This document shows positions 29,024-38,749 of a stretch of 64,000 nucleotides of DNA, piece by piece. Under the pieces are notes generated by a model. The model was not told the DNA's origin. It ran no database searches and worked only from the letters and a program-made list of their open reading frames with translations. The stretch spans positions 251,136-315,135 of the IMG/VR virus record IMGVR_UViG_3300037455_000543; one strand, written 5' to 3'. This DNA is from a virus (taxonomy: Duplodnaviria; Heunggongvirae; Uroviricota; Caudoviricetes). Within the stretch, counting starts at the first letter, position 1. Every line of letters begins with the position of its first letter. A program made the translations under genes and the position numbers.

Positions 29024-29324
29024 GATATTCGATGACAGACAGAGATGTAAGATCCAGCAGGTTACAGGTATCGAACCGTACTACATATGGAGTCCGGCCG
29101 GTTTTACCAGACATATCAGGATCAATGGACATAAGATGGAACTGACAGATGAATTCCAGCAGAAAAAGTATTCTACTGACTCCTTCTTGGGATTGATGGT
29201 AGGAATGAATATCGTTGATCCAGATAATCTCGAACACCAATGGACCTTAGAATCAGAACAGGACATCATGCAGATGTACAATGAATTATCCCTGTTACTG
29301 GGATTGGAGAAAGCAGATGAGTAA
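29010..29324 (+). CDS. Array paralog 11
   Basis: ESEQDIMQMYNELSLLLGLEK. Confidence 0.7.
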   Translation: MMNLEIFDDRQRCKIQQVTGIEPYYIWSPAGFTRHIRINGHKMELTDEFQQKKYSTDSFLGLMVGMNIVDPDNLEHQWTLESEQDIMQMYNELSLLLGLEKADE

Positions 29325-29703
29325 GATCTGGGTTGAATTCCACGACATAACCGTTACTCCGAAGCGCTGGCCAAGGCATGTAATCTTTCCAGGTATTTCT
29401 GTTGCGACCGAGATTCAAGCTTCCTTCCCAAAGTACTATGTTCTCGATATGGCATTTTATCAAACCTCGATCAGGATGGTAGTTGATGTCAGACATGATG
29501 ATGAAACGTACCAGAAATACCTCGAGATATTCGATAATAGAGGTGTAGATAAAGACGCGTTCGGGGTACGACGAGGAGATTGCTCGGGCGCGACAGTACA
29601 TTTCGCAGACGATAAGGAACAGTATTATGATTTCGGCAAAGATACTGATTGGTACAATTTCTACAATGAAGTTTCACTTGCCGTCGCGTTACAGGACATA
29701 TGA
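29317..29703 (+). CDS. Array paralog 12
   Basis: Ends FYNEVSLAVALQDI. Confidence 0.7.
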   Translation: MSKIWVEFHDITVTPKRWPRHVIFPGISVATEIQASFPKYYVLDMAFYQTSIRMVVDVRHDDETYQKYLEIFDNRGVDKDAFGVRRGDCSGATVHFADDKEQYYDFGKDTDWYNFYNEVSLAVALQDI

Positions 29704-30029
29704 TAAGAGTTGACATTACATTCAAGCATTCCGGCATAACAGAATCGTTGTACAACGTGTACCGGATGGATATCGAATACGAATATAATAAGAACGGTAC
29801 GATGACGGCAGAATATCCTGCAATTTCCGGTTACAACAGCGCCGGGGAAGTACGTACTTATCCAGCAGCTTACGGAGATACAGTATCGATCTGTATTGAT
29901 GGAGACGGCAAGGATTCGACAGATGAATTCCTGGTTTCGGATTGGTACGAGGGGAATAAGGATCTATACAATATGCTGGAATTCATTATCGCGATGGAGA
30001 ATGGACATGTACCTGATGATTTATCATAA
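29700..30029 (+). CDS. Array paralog 13
   Basis: LYNMLEFIIAMENG. Confidence 0.7.
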   Translation: MIRVDITFKHSGITESLYNVYRMDIEYEYNKNGTMTAEYPAISGYNSAGEVRTYPAAYGDTVSICIDGDGKDSTDEFLVSDWYEGNKDLYNMLEFIIAMENGHVPDDLS

Positions 30030-30408
30030 GCTTAAACTGTACCTGATTCCTGATATGGTTAAAACCTATTGGTATTGTAACGATGACCATATCCGTATTA
30101 CATCCAACCAAATAAACATATACGAGTACATCAATAACGATTTCGAATACATGTTCATGCCCGAAGATTTCGCTGGATTCACGTCAACACCTTCCTGGAT
30201 GAAGATGATAGAGATTGGCGACAGGGTTTTCTTCGACGGTGATTGGTACAGTATGGTTGTCGCTGGAGATATCAGATATCTACAAAGCTTGATGGAGATG
30301 AAGCTTTCTTTCGAAACAGCAAATGTAGAAAGGGCAGAATCCGAAGAATCTGTCCTATCGATATGTCGCACTGCCGCAGAGGAGAAGAAATATCTACTTG
30401 TGGAGTGA
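30007..30408 (+). CDS. Array paralog 14 (divergent)
   Basis: GDRV...GDIRYLQSLMEMKLSFE; GGAG SD 7 nt upstream. Confidence 0.55.
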   Translation: MYLMIYHKLKLYLIPDMVKTYWYCNDDHIRITSNQINIYEYINNDFEYMFMPEDFAGFTSTPSWMKMIEIGDRVFFDGDWYSMVVAGDIRYLQSLMEMKLSFETANVERAESEESVLSICRTAAEEKKYLLVE

Positions 30409-30864
30409 ATTCATCATGTTCTTCAATCCATTCTTGATCCTGTCAAGCTTCGCCTTCAAAGCTCCTTTAAGATCTGATTTCAAATCCTGACCTTCTTCGC
30501 GTCTTCTGTTCAGCTGTGGAACTTTCTTATTGTATTCAATCCCTTTCTTCGCACGATCCTTAAATGTCTTGACACGAAGCTTCTGTGATTGTTTAATCTT
30601 CGCGTTTCTCTTGCGCTGGGCTTTTCGAGCAGCTTGACGTTTCTTCTGCTTGTACATACCAGTGTCTATCACTTCACGCGGATTTCCGTTCTCGTCATAC
30701 TCTACATGCGTATTGACCTTATCTGTTACCCAGACAATTTCTTTTACTGGAACATTCGCGTCATTTCTTCTTTCACGTACCTTCTTAACGAGTTTCTCAT
30801 CAAGTGACATACCTGATTCTTCGTTAATCCTTTCCGCTTCTGATATGTAATCCTTCCAATTCAT
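30394..30864 (-). CDS. T4 gp68-like basic prohead core protein
   Basis: KKRQAARKAQRKR...R.KTFK.R.K.G; late box at 30869-30876. Confidence 0.55.
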   Translation of the reverse strand: MNWKDYISEAERINEESGMSLDEKLVKKVRERRNDANVPVKEIVWVTDKVNTHVEYDENGNPREVIDTGMYKQKKRQAARKAQRKRNAKIKQSQKLRVKTFKDRAKKGIEYNKKVPQLNRRREEGQDLKSDLKGALKAKLDRIKNGLKNMMNSLHK

Positions 30865-30947
30865 ACATTATTTATAATATAAAAATGACCAGGAGAAATT
30901 CCTGGTCATCTTTTTTGGAGGTTAACATTAAGTTCTAAAAGAGGTCA

Positions 30948-31265
30948 TTACCACTTATCGCTGGGCACAGCCTTTGTTCCCAAAAGATTAAGACCAGCTG
31001 TCACTTCCTCTGCAGTATCGCCTGTTATGATGGCAGCACCCCAATAACCGAAGTCTTTGTGAAAGACAGTCTTATAGAATCCTTTCCGACCAGATTCAGG
31101 AGTCAAGTTTTCATAAGCGAACGTCTTACGCAGACCAAACAGACCAAACATTCTGTCCTTGATGGTTGGATCCTTCTTCAAATCATCGAGCGAATTAAAT
31201 TCCGTCGATTTCGGTTCACCATCCGGTTCCGCAAATGTAGGATAATAAAGTGTAAGCTTTGTCAT
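30948..31265 (-). CDS. Hypothetical early protein
   Basis: AAGGAGG SD. Confidence 0.7.
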   Translation of the reverse strand: MTKLTLYYPTFAEPDGEPKSTEFNSLDDLKKDPTIKDRMFGLFGLRKTFAYENLTPESGRKGFYKTVFHKDFGYWGAAIITGDTAEEVTAGLNLLGTKAVPSDKW

Positions 31266-31275
31266 TTATTCCTCC

Positions 31276-31422
31276 TTAAGCTTTATGCCCCACATTCTGT
31301 CTGACCACAAGCTGGTCACCATCCGTAACCAACATAGGCGTCGAGTATTTCGGTTCAGCCGGTTCGTCATGTTCGTAATGAATTTCAGACGGGCAATACC
31401 AGAAAGTTCTCCATTTGTTCAT
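31276..31422 (-). CDS. Small hypothetical protein (48 aa)
   Basis: MNKWRTFWYC...; GAGG SD and early promoter. Confidence 0.5.
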   Translation of the reverse strand: MNKWRTFWYCPSEIHYEHDEPAEPKYSTPMLVTDGDQLVVRQNVGHKA

Positions 31423-31532
31423 TTTATTAACCTCTTTTGTTGTTCGTTATGTTTATAATATAGTTAAAAATCGGGGTCATGTAAACCTCGATTTATTCTA
31501 ATTATATTTTATGTTGGCCACTTGAAGATTAG

Positions 31533-32279
31533 TTATCTTCTTATCTTTATCCAGACAGTATCGGTATCTTCTCCTATTTTAATCCTGAGATGATTACATA
31601 CTGATTCGACATCAGCATCAATACCGTTTTCAATACAGTCCAGGAGTTTATTCCATGTGATATATTTCGTAACCCTGGTACTTGATTTCTGCTGGATTTC
31701 CGGTTTAACCTTGTATATACCGATTATATCCATCTTCTTGAGTTCAGAGATTTGTTCATCGGTTAGATTCTTGATTGGAACCAGATCATACGAAACCAGC
31801 TTGACCAGGAATGCATTGGCAAGGGTTTTCGTGGTTCTCATATTATAAATCTGCTTGTACTTCTTGTATTCTTCTTGTGTTGCGAATTGTTCAATATTAC
31901 CCAAATCATGTCCGTACATAGATTGAGCATATTTCGCCGTCTGTGTCCAGAGAGATCCATGACCTTTCCTGTAATGTCTGACATCCGGTTGTACCTTATT
32001 GACATACAGGTGAATCATCTCGTGAAGAATCGTATTAACCAGGATCTTCTTGTTATTTAACAACATCGGGTTAATCCAGATGTAATTATGTCCTAGTATT
32101 GTGATTGATAATCCGAATGGGTCTGATTCTTTATCCTCTTCCAGATCGAATATTTTCTTCGCATCTTCTTTCTTGTTCACGAAGATTGTACATTTACCAA
32201 GTTTCGTTCCCAACTCTTTCTGAAAGAAATCTTTGTTGAAAAAATCATAGACATATTGGCAATACTCTAAGTTAAACAT
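31533..32279 (-). CDS. SprT-like zinc metalloprotease
   Basis: TILHEMIH ... GHGSLW. Confidence 0.75.
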   Translation of the reverse strand: MFNLEYCQYVYDFFNKDFFQKELGTKLGKCTIFVNKKEDAKKIFDLEEDKESDPFGLSITILGHNYIWINPMLLNNKKILVNTILHEMIHLYVNKVQPDVRHYRKGHGSLWTQTAKYAQSMYGHDLGNIEQFATQEEYKKYKQIYNMRTTKTLANAFLVKLVSYDLVPIKNLTDEQISELKKMDIIGIYKVKPEIQQKSSTRVTKYITWNKLLDCIENGIDADVESVCNHLRIKIGEDTDTVWIKIRR

Positions 32280-32390
32280 AGTCCTCCCAGAATCTCATAC
32301 ATTATTTATAATGTCGATATTTGAGCCTGTAATAGAAGATACGTAATGTCCTATAAGAAAGATTCAGGAACTTCTTTATCATATTATACC

Positions 32391-32534
32391 TTAGAATTCG
32401 ATAACGCCACAGCCGCTGAGTACCATGCATCCTGAGGCCACCAACATGCCAACGCCAGATCCTGCGCAATAGCCACTTGCAATTCTACCGATACCGAACA
32501 TTGCGACGATTACAGCTGCACCAATTAAAAACAT
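32391..32534 (-). CDS. Small hydrophobic protein (47 aa)
   Basis: MFLIGAAVIVAMFG...; GGAG SD. Confidence 0.5.
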   Translation of the reverse strand: MFLIGAAVIVAMFGIGRIASGYCAGSGVGMLVASGCMVLSGCGVIEF

Positions 32535-32603
32535 TTAAACTCCTTTGGTTATTATTAATATAGGTTTTGTTTTTGGTTTTGTAAATGTCGTAGGATATCT
32601 ATC

Positions 32604-32852
32604 CTACATCAGTCTGTATCGCGGATGTTCGTTAATCTTCTTGATGTTTTCTTCGTATTTCTTCGCAGAATAACTCTTTCCATTGAATTCGATGGTATGG
32701 TCTTCGTAAACGAATCCACAAACCTTACCGTCGTTACGGACAATCATGTTGATGGGTTTCTTCATACCGAGTCTCTTACGTTGTTCTTCAAAGAATTCAG
32801 GAGTGAAGATTTCTACGACACCGTGGTTGGTTTGAACTTTGTTATTTGCCAT
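32604..32852 (-). CDS. Hypothetical early protein
   Basis: Promoter module and SD. Confidence 0.7.
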   Translation of the reverse strand: MANNKVQTNHGVVEIFTPEFFEEQRKRLGMKKPINMIVRNDGKVCGFVYEDHTIEFNGKSYSAKKYEENIKKINEHPRYRLM

Positions 32853-32934
32853 GTTTAACCTCTTCGTTATGTTTATAATATAGAAAAATCCAGACTTTTC
32901 GTAAGCCTGGACATTAAGGATTTGTCATCACCGT

Positions 32935-33159
32935 TTACCCGATGAATATCCATTTACCATAAAGGTCGACATGTTCCAATGATTCAAGTTCAATCTTCGT
33001 GTTCTTGGACAACGAATAAGATCCACCGAAGTTGTCGTCGACTTCAATCATCGCATCGCCATGTCCCTGGTCAATCAAAGCTTTGAGCTTGTCGGCCAGT
33101 TCCTGAACGGTCATTATGTGTTTTTTGTTGTTTTCGAGTTTCTCCTGAAGTGATTCCAT
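32935..33159 (-). CDS. Hypothetical early protein
   Basis: MTVQEL...L.....D phage motif; SD. Confidence 0.7.
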   Translation of the reverse strand: MESLQEKLENNKKHIMTVQELADKLKALIDQGHGDAMIEVDDNFGGSYSLSKNTKIELESLEHVDLYGKWIFIG

Positions 33160-33229
33160 TGTTTAATCTCCTTTGTTTTACATCTATAATATAGTTAAAT
33201 TCTGAAGATTCGTAAATGATTATCCAAGA

Positions 33230-33436
33230 TTAGAAATTATGAAGACTTCCACGAGCTTTGAGGTCATCAAATAAAGACATCCAGGCTTCATGTTCTCTTT
33301 CACGTTCTTCAATATACTTACGACGTTTTTCGTTTTCAATGTCGTTAATGACTTTGAAAATAAAAACAACAACTCCGATATAGAGAAGCATACAGGAACT
33401 GATGATAAGGGAACATGCTAAAGTAGGTTCATTCAT
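33230..33436 (-). CDS. Small membrane protein, probably leaderless
   Basis: TM segment; ATG 6 nt after TATATT. Confidence 0.55.
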   Translation of the reverse strand: MNEPTLACSLIISSCMLLYIGVVVFIFKVINDIENEKRRKYIEEREREHEAWMSLFDDLKARGSLHNF

Positions 33437-33533
33437 ATCTATAATATAGTTAAATTCTGAATATTTGTAAATGAGAAATGACCGGAATATTTCATCCGGT
33501 CATCTCTTGGAGGTTAACATAGAAAACCTTTCG

Positions 33534-33851
33534 TTAAACCAGCGACATAACCAGGCTAATTATTACGACACCGACGAATACGTAGCTAAACATTCCAATG
33601 ATGCACACGATAGAGCCCCACAAATCCTTCATGTGATAGGTCTTGTCGAGCAGCCATTCCATGAGCTTCACACCGACCCAGAGGAGCAGGATGAATCCAA
33701 CAATCATAATCACCACATCCATACCAGTGAGAGTGCACACCGTTCCCGGTGTATTGTGGTTGTTCATCATATGAATCATGTTCATTTGGTTAATCATGTT
33801 TGTGGTATTCATGTTATTCATAATGACGAAATGTGTTGTATTCATATTCAT
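33534..33851 (-). CDS. Membrane protein with M/N-rich N-terminus
   Basis: Two TM segments; GAGG SD. Confidence 0.6.
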   Translation of the reverse strand: MNMNTTHFVIMNNMNTTNMINQMNMIHMMNNHNTPGTVCTLTGMDVVIMIVGFILLLWVGVKLMEWLLDKTYHMKDLWGSIVCIIGMFSYVFVGVVIISLVMSLV

Positions 33852-33954
33852 AACCTCTTCGTTATGTTTATAATATAGATAATTCTGGATTTCTTGTAAA
33901 TGGGAAATGACCAAGATATTTCACTCGGTCATTCTAATAAGAAACAGATATCCG

Positions 33955-34245
33955 TTAGAAATTGATTCCTCTTACGAAACCACCACCGAATCCCCATTTT
34001 CCTTTAGACACAGAATATCCCCAACCATAGTGGAAACCCACATTACCATTATTTTCAACATGGATTTTACCGTCAGGACTCTTTTGACATTCAGAATCAA
34101 TTCCAATAAAACATACTGCAATTGTTAATGCAAATATTGCACCAATGAAAAAGTTCACAGATGAATCATTCTTTCGATTGATATAGCACAGAACCAAAAG
34201 GATTGCGAAGATTGCAAAAGAAATTGCTCCGATGTAAAATAACAT
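33955..34245 (-). CDS. Membrane protein with Gly/aromatic tail
   Basis: AGGAG SD; two TM segments. Confidence 0.6.
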   Translation of the reverse strand: MLFYIGAISFAIFAILLVLCYINRKNDSSVNFFIGAIFALTIAVCFIGIDSECQKSPDGKIHVENNGNVGFHYGWGYSVSKGKWGFGGGFVRGINF

Positions 34246-34255
34246 ATTAATCTCC

Positions 34256-34426
34256 TTAGGATTTATAAGTAAAAGATTCACTTTCCCCGATAGGTTCACC
34301 GTCAAGAACGAGTTGAATCGTCACAGTCTCGTAATTCGGGTCGGAACCATAACCATAACTAGTGTCCGTATCGACACGAATTGACAAATGTTCTTTTAAA
34401 TATGCTTTTAACTGTTCTTCATTCAT
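34256..34426 (-). CDS. Hypothetical protein, probably leaderless
   Basis: ATG 6 nt after TATATT. Confidence 0.55.
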   Translation of the reverse strand: MNEEQLKAYLKEHLSIRVDTDTSYGYGSDPNYETVTIQLVLDGEPIGESESFTYKS

Positions 34427-34499
34427 GTTCATAATATAGAAAAAACCAGAGTTTTCGTAAACCCTGGTTATATAATATTCTTGTTCAATCAACGATACG

Positions 34500-34946
34500 T
34501 TATTTAGTTATTTCGAATGCGACCATATATGGTTCTTTGAAATTCATCAGATCTGGACGGAACTTGATTGAAGGATTGTCGAACATTGCATCATAGAGAT
34601 AATCAGCTCTGTTCTTGAACGCAGTACGGACATTGAACTTGAATTCCTTGAAACCCATCTTCTTGAGTGTTTCGGTCATTTCAGGATAAATCCTGTCAGC
34701 CGAGCTGAGATAAGCAGATACGTCAATGACATTCTCATTCGGGTCATAACATTCTGTTGCTATTTCCCTGAAATCATCATCATATTCTTCGCAGATTTCA
34801 TCCCACAAATCATCACCTTCTGGTGTGTTTCTGATTTCATTCCAATGATTGAACTTTTGAAGAAAACCTTGGAGGAGTTCACTACCTTTAGATTCCACGA
34901 TATATCCTTTTTTATTTAAGATTGTTAATGCTTCGTCAAGTTTCAT
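34500..34946 (-). CDS. Late hypothetical protein with N-terminal A..IL..KGY.VES motif
   Basis: Late box at 34965-34972; AGGAG SD. Confidence 0.7.
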   Translation of the reverse strand: MKLDEALTILNKKGYIVESKGSELLQGFLQKFNHWNEIRNTPEGDDLWDEICEEYDDDFREIATECYDPNENVIDVSAYLSSADRIYPEMTETLKKMGFKEFKFNVRTAFKNRADYLYDAMFDNPSIKFRPDLMNFKEPYMVAFEITK

Positions 34947-35046
34947 AGATTCTCCTATTTTTATTATTTATAAGAGAATCTGGTATTTAATATAGTAAAT
35001 TCTGGGATTTTTGTAAATGGTTTTACGGTAAGAAATTTAACCTCTA

Positions 35047-35274
35047 TTAAAAATTAACCGAAGGTTTATACGACCAGAGTTTGACATCGAGGACATGACA
35101 ATCTCTCGTGACGTCATTCCATTCTCTGTCGACATAACAGAAATGAGGAATATCGCATGCGATGTAGAAATAACCACAGCGAGTCTTTCCGTTCTTCATA
35201 ACGAACATAACGTCGCTCTTATCGGTAGGAAGTTTTTCTTGAGGAGTAAACCATTCAATCGTTGTCGTAATCAT
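35047..35274 (-). CDS. DUF551-like small phage protein
   Basis: IEW.TPQEKLP ... V..W pattern. Confidence 0.55.
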   Translation of the reverse strand: MITTTIEWFTPQEKLPTDKSDVMFVMKNGKTRCGYFYIACDIPHFCYVDREWNDVTRDCHVLDVKLWSYKPSVNF

Positions 35275-35350
35275 ATTAACCTCTTCGTTATGTTTATAAT
35301 ATAGAAAAAACCGGAATTATTGTAAATCCCGGTTTCAACTTATTTTATTC

Positions 35351-35773
35351 TTAGACTCCACGGTCCAGTTCAGGTTTGCATCCTGGTTTCCAGTATTCGA
35401 TTGTTTCATATCCGTCACTGTAATAGTGTTCGGTTTCATATCCCATTTCATGGAAGATTTCTATAGCTTTTTTAACTTCTTCAATCAAACGGAATGAGAT
35501 GATACCGTTGTCGTTACCGGGTTTTAAATAACGTTCAACCTTTTCCTTAACCTGGTCAACCTGTTTTTTAATAAACCGGTCAATGATTTCATTTTCCCAT
35601 TTCTTAATCAGATATTTCTGAATGTCTTCGTAGACTTCATAGTATTTGACATAGTTCGGGTCATCTTCTTCTTTGATTCCCATGTCGTTCAGAATGTTAT
35701 CTGCAACGGAATCAATTGCTTCGTCAACAAGCGAATTGATACGAGTTTCAAAGTTCTTCAAGTCTGTTGCCAT
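35351..35773 (-). CDS. Hypothetical early protein
   Basis: Promoter module and SD. Confidence 0.7.
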   Translation of the reverse strand: MATDLKNFETRINSLVDEAIDSVADNILNDMGIKEEDDPNYVKYYEVYEDIQKYLIKKWENEIIDRFIKKQVDQVKEKVERYLKPGNDNGIISFRLIEEVKKAIEIFHEMGYETEHYYSDGYETIEYWKPGCKPELDRGV

Positions 35774-35854
35774 ATTGTTAATCTCCTTATGTTTATAATA
35801 TAGTAAAAAACACGGTCATAGTAACCGTGTTTAATTCTGAATTTTTTATTCAAG

Positions 35855-36220
35855 TCAACGGCGGTATCTTCTCGAGTAGGAGATAATTATGCATTTCTGG
35901 AGTTCGGCAAAGAACTGGTTCAAAGCAGTTCTTACCTGTTCTTCCGTTATGTCCTTGAAGTATCTCATCGAAATGTCTGAGCCGATCGGTCCATGTCTGC
36001 GGTCTTCGATACGGTTATTGCTTCCGATGTAAGGATTAAGGCAGAGATAACCGGGTCCTTGTCCGCCAGCAGGAAGCACGTAACGCGTTCCCTTATATTC
36101 AAATAATTCATCAGGATAGGATTCTCTCGGAAGGTAGTAATAATCCTTACCACAGGTAGCGTGTGGACCACGTTTAAAGCCGTAGCTTCTAACTATCTGG
36201 TCATATTGTTCAGACGTCAT
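35855..36220 (-). CDS. Hypothetical early protein
   Basis: Promoter module and SD. Confidence 0.7.
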   Translation of the reverse strand: MTSEQYDQIVRSYGFKRGPHATCGKDYYYLPRESYPDELFEYKGTRYVLPAGGQGPGYLCLNPYIGSNNRIEDRRHGPIGSDISMRYFKDITEEQVRTALNQFFAELQKCIIISYSRRYRR

Positions 36221-36347
36221 AGATGTATTATAACCTCTTCGTTATGTTTATAATATAGATAATTCTGGATTTTCTGTAAATAGGAAATGACCAGGATATT
36301 TCACCCGGTCATCCCACAGGAGGTTAACATGAAATTCAGTTTAACGG

Positions 36348-36596
36348 TTAGACAGCAGATTCCAGACACTTGTAACGGACATCATCTTCATTCTCCGAAG
36401 CGAACTCCATTACATAATCCAATGCTTCTTTATCTTCAGATTTGAAGGAGATAACATTGTCATTCTTTTCGAACGAAACCTTTTCAATGTCACCGTCATG
36501 TTCATGATGGATATTAAGACGTTGGAAATCCTCGAGGTCACTGAGACTGTCAAACGCAGCGTCTTCTGTGCAGTAAATAATCTTTCCCTTGAGCAT
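36348..36596 (-). CDS. Hypothetical acidic protein
   Basis: GAGG SD. Confidence 0.65.
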   Translation of the reverse strand: MLKGKIIYCTEDAAFDSLSDLEDFQRLNIHHEHDGDIEKVSFEKNDNVISFKSEDKEALDYVMEFASENEDDVRYKCLESAV

Positions 36597-36605
36597 TCAA
36601 TCCTC

Positions 36606-36890
36606 TTACTTTTCGATTGCTTGGAAGATAAAGTTTCCGACCCAATCCGCTTTCTTACTCCTGCCATTGACCTTGTAGATGAGAGTCACCGAACCAGTGT
36701 CTTCAGAGAAGTAACAAGGACCGGAGTAGTGGAACAGAGTGTCTCCCGTGAACGCATGCATCACCGTCACATCACGGTCGAGTTCGGAAAAGTCGGATTC
36801 GAATTCCTTGTACATCTGCGTGCAGGAGTTACATCCAGTAAAGATGCAGGCCACGAGAATGATGATTGCGAATACGATAAGTTTCTTCAT
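36606..36890 (-). CDS. Putative lipoprotein
   Basis: MKK + hydrophobic stretch + FTGC lipobox. Confidence 0.65.
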   Translation of the reverse strand: MKKLIVFAIIILVACIFTGCNSCTQMYKEFESDFSELDRDVTVMHAFTGDTLFHYSGPCYFSEDTGSVTLIYKVNGRSKKADWVGNFIFQAIEK

Positions 36891-36991
36891 TTTTTAATCT
36901 CCTTGTTGATTACCTTTATAATATAGTAAAACCGTCTACTAATGTAAACGGTCTCTATTGTAAAAAATGTGTCTGGTTATCGATTCAATAT

Positions 36992-37165
36992 TCAGTTAGT
37001 CATCGTCGCGGTAAGTTCAAGAATCTTGTATTTGTCATCTTTTATACCGTAGGTAGACATCGTATGTTTCACTTCATTCATTGCGTCTTCTTCCGAAGCT
37101 CCGTAAACATTGAATTCTGATTTTCTGTCATACCACTTCACTTTTGCGTTCCAACATTTAATCAT
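36992..37165 (-). CDS. Small late protein (57 aa)
   Basis: MIKCWNAKVKWY...; GAGGTG SD; late box at 37185-37192. Confidence 0.55.
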   Translation of the reverse strand: MIKCWNAKVKWYDRKSEFNVYGASEEDAMNEVKHTMSTYGIKDDKYKILELTATMTN

Positions 37166-37192
37166 AAATCACCTCACCATAATATATTTATA

Positions 37193-37510
37193 TCAGAGGT
37201 CGGATAAAATCAGTTCCATGTCGAGTATATCCTTGAATTCATACATATCTACCATTGTCTCTATAAGAAAGTCTTTGGGTTCACCGTTGACCTTTATCGT
37301 AACGTCATATACAGGAAGGAGGATTCCATTCATGATACTTGTATATTGGTCATAATCCACTTTTGGGACGATATACATTGAAAACACTGGTGTTTCCTTA
37401 TCCCCAAGAACATAGGTATGTAGATATGGTTTATTTGTGAATGTGTCCATACCGATAAAACAAGACTTAACAGTTATTTCAGACTCTGCAACGATATGTC
37501 CATCATACAT
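37193..37510 (-). CDS. Outlying member of the 25-30 kb paralog family
   Basis: DVTIKVNGEPKDFLIETMVDMYEFKDILDMELIL. Confidence 0.5.
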   Translation of the reverse strand: MYDGHIVAESEITVKSCFIGMDTFTNKPYLHTYVLGDKETPVFSMYIVPKVDYDQYTSIMNGILLPVYDVTIKVNGEPKDFLIETMVDMYEFKDILDMELILSDL

Positions 37511-37697
37511 GTCATGTTCTTTATATATTATATTAACCATTAAATTAAATATAGAATTATTTTTAAAAACTTTTTCTTTTTAATTTAATTCTGAAAATTT
37601 CGTCCAGTCAATATCCGTAGAGCCAGTTAGCCACTTATTACAGGTAAAAAGAAAGTGGACCGGAGTAGGTCCACAGTCCATGTCTCAGAGACTCAGA

Positions 37698-38096
37698 CTA
37701 GTTGAACATGGTGAAGAGAGAACCAAGGGCGTTCAGTCTTGCACCGAGAAGTCCAATGACTTTGGAAGTTGCAACAGACTTCACATTCTTCATCTTCTGG
37801 TAGACAGTTTCAACCTGTTCGGCAGTCAAGTTGATTTCGAGTTCTTCAGCAGAAGTGATGAAGTCTTCAATCTGGTCAACGACTTCCTTGTCAGTAGTCA
37901 CAGCTTCAAGAACAGTTGCAACCGGAGTTCCAGCGTAAGTTTCCTTCAAGTCGTTCAATGCGTTGAAGACTTTCACAGTAGATTTGATCTGTTCAATCTT
38001 ACCGTTGGAACCGACGTAGTTCTTCACGAGAGTCTGAGCTTCCGGAGAAGTCTGAGAGATGGTGTTGATGAGAGTGAGAAGGATTGTTTTGTTCAT
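37698..38096 (-). CDS. Hypothetical early protein
   Basis: Promoter module, SD, biased codon use. Confidence 0.7.
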   Translation of the reverse strand: MNKTILLTLINTISQTSPEAQTLVKNYVGSNGKIEQIKSTVKVFNALNDLKETYAGTPVATVLEAVTTDKEVVDQIEDFITSAEELEINLTAEQVETVYQKMKNVKSVATSKVIGLLGARLNALGSLFTMFN

Positions 38097-38222
38097 AGTT
38101 ATTAACCTCTTGTTGATGTGTATAATATAGTTAATTTTGGGCCTTTTGTAAATGAGGAAGAGAAGATTCTATTTCTAACGCTTCCTGTGCAATGTCCAGT
38201 TTTTTGCGAAGAATCCTCAATA

Positions 38223-38546
38223 TCAACCGTTAGATTTCAAGTAACCATACAGGAACAATAAACCATAGAATACAATACCAATTATGACATACCAAATAAC
38301 GTCTTTGATTACAGGGTCCAATCCCTTTTCTTTGTGAGCTTCTTTTTCTTTTTCGTATTCTTCAATGGTCTTCTGTTTGGGTTTATAACCATCATAGTAA
38401 CTTTCAAGATACTTTGCACCGTCACCATTTGCACAGTCCAGACACATAATTGCATTGGACATTCCACAGATACGTCCAGTCAGATATCCTTCATGCGGTT
38501 GGATTTCTCGACCACAGTAGATACACTTCTTTACTTCTTCAGCCAT
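38223..38546 (-). CDS. Zinc-finger protein with C-terminal membrane anchor
   Basis: CIYC...CLDC plus TM segment. Confidence 0.65.
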   Translation of the reverse strand: MAEEVKKCIYCGREIQPHEGYLTGRICGMSNAIMCLDCANGDGAKYLESYYDGYKPKQKTIEEYEKEKEAHKEKGLDPVIKDVIWYVIIGIVFYGLLFLYGYLKSNG

Positions 38547-38560
38547 ATTAACCTCCTATC

Positions 38561-38749
38561 TTAATAAATGGAAATTTCCTTGTCTTTGCCATCCGTCGCG
38601 ACATTCATTTCACAGAACTTACCAGAGTCTACATTACGAAGAGGCCACTTCTGATATTTCGGAGGAAGTCTCTGTAAGAACTTAATTAAGTCTTCGACAG
38701 TTTCAACATTCATTGCAAATTTCTTTTGTTTGGCACGCATCCAATTCAT
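38561..38749 (-). CDS. Hypothetical early protein
   Basis: TVEDLI..L..LP motif. Confidence 0.65.
   Translation of the reverse strand: MNWMRAKQKKFAMNVETVEDLIKFLQRLPPKYQKWPLRNVDSGKFCEMNVATDGKDKEISIY

Noticed and set aside
25001-30408. Diversity-generating retroelement or integron behind the array
   Set aside because: No reverse transcriptase, integrase, adenine-specific repeat pair or attC-like spacers; the genes overlap directly.
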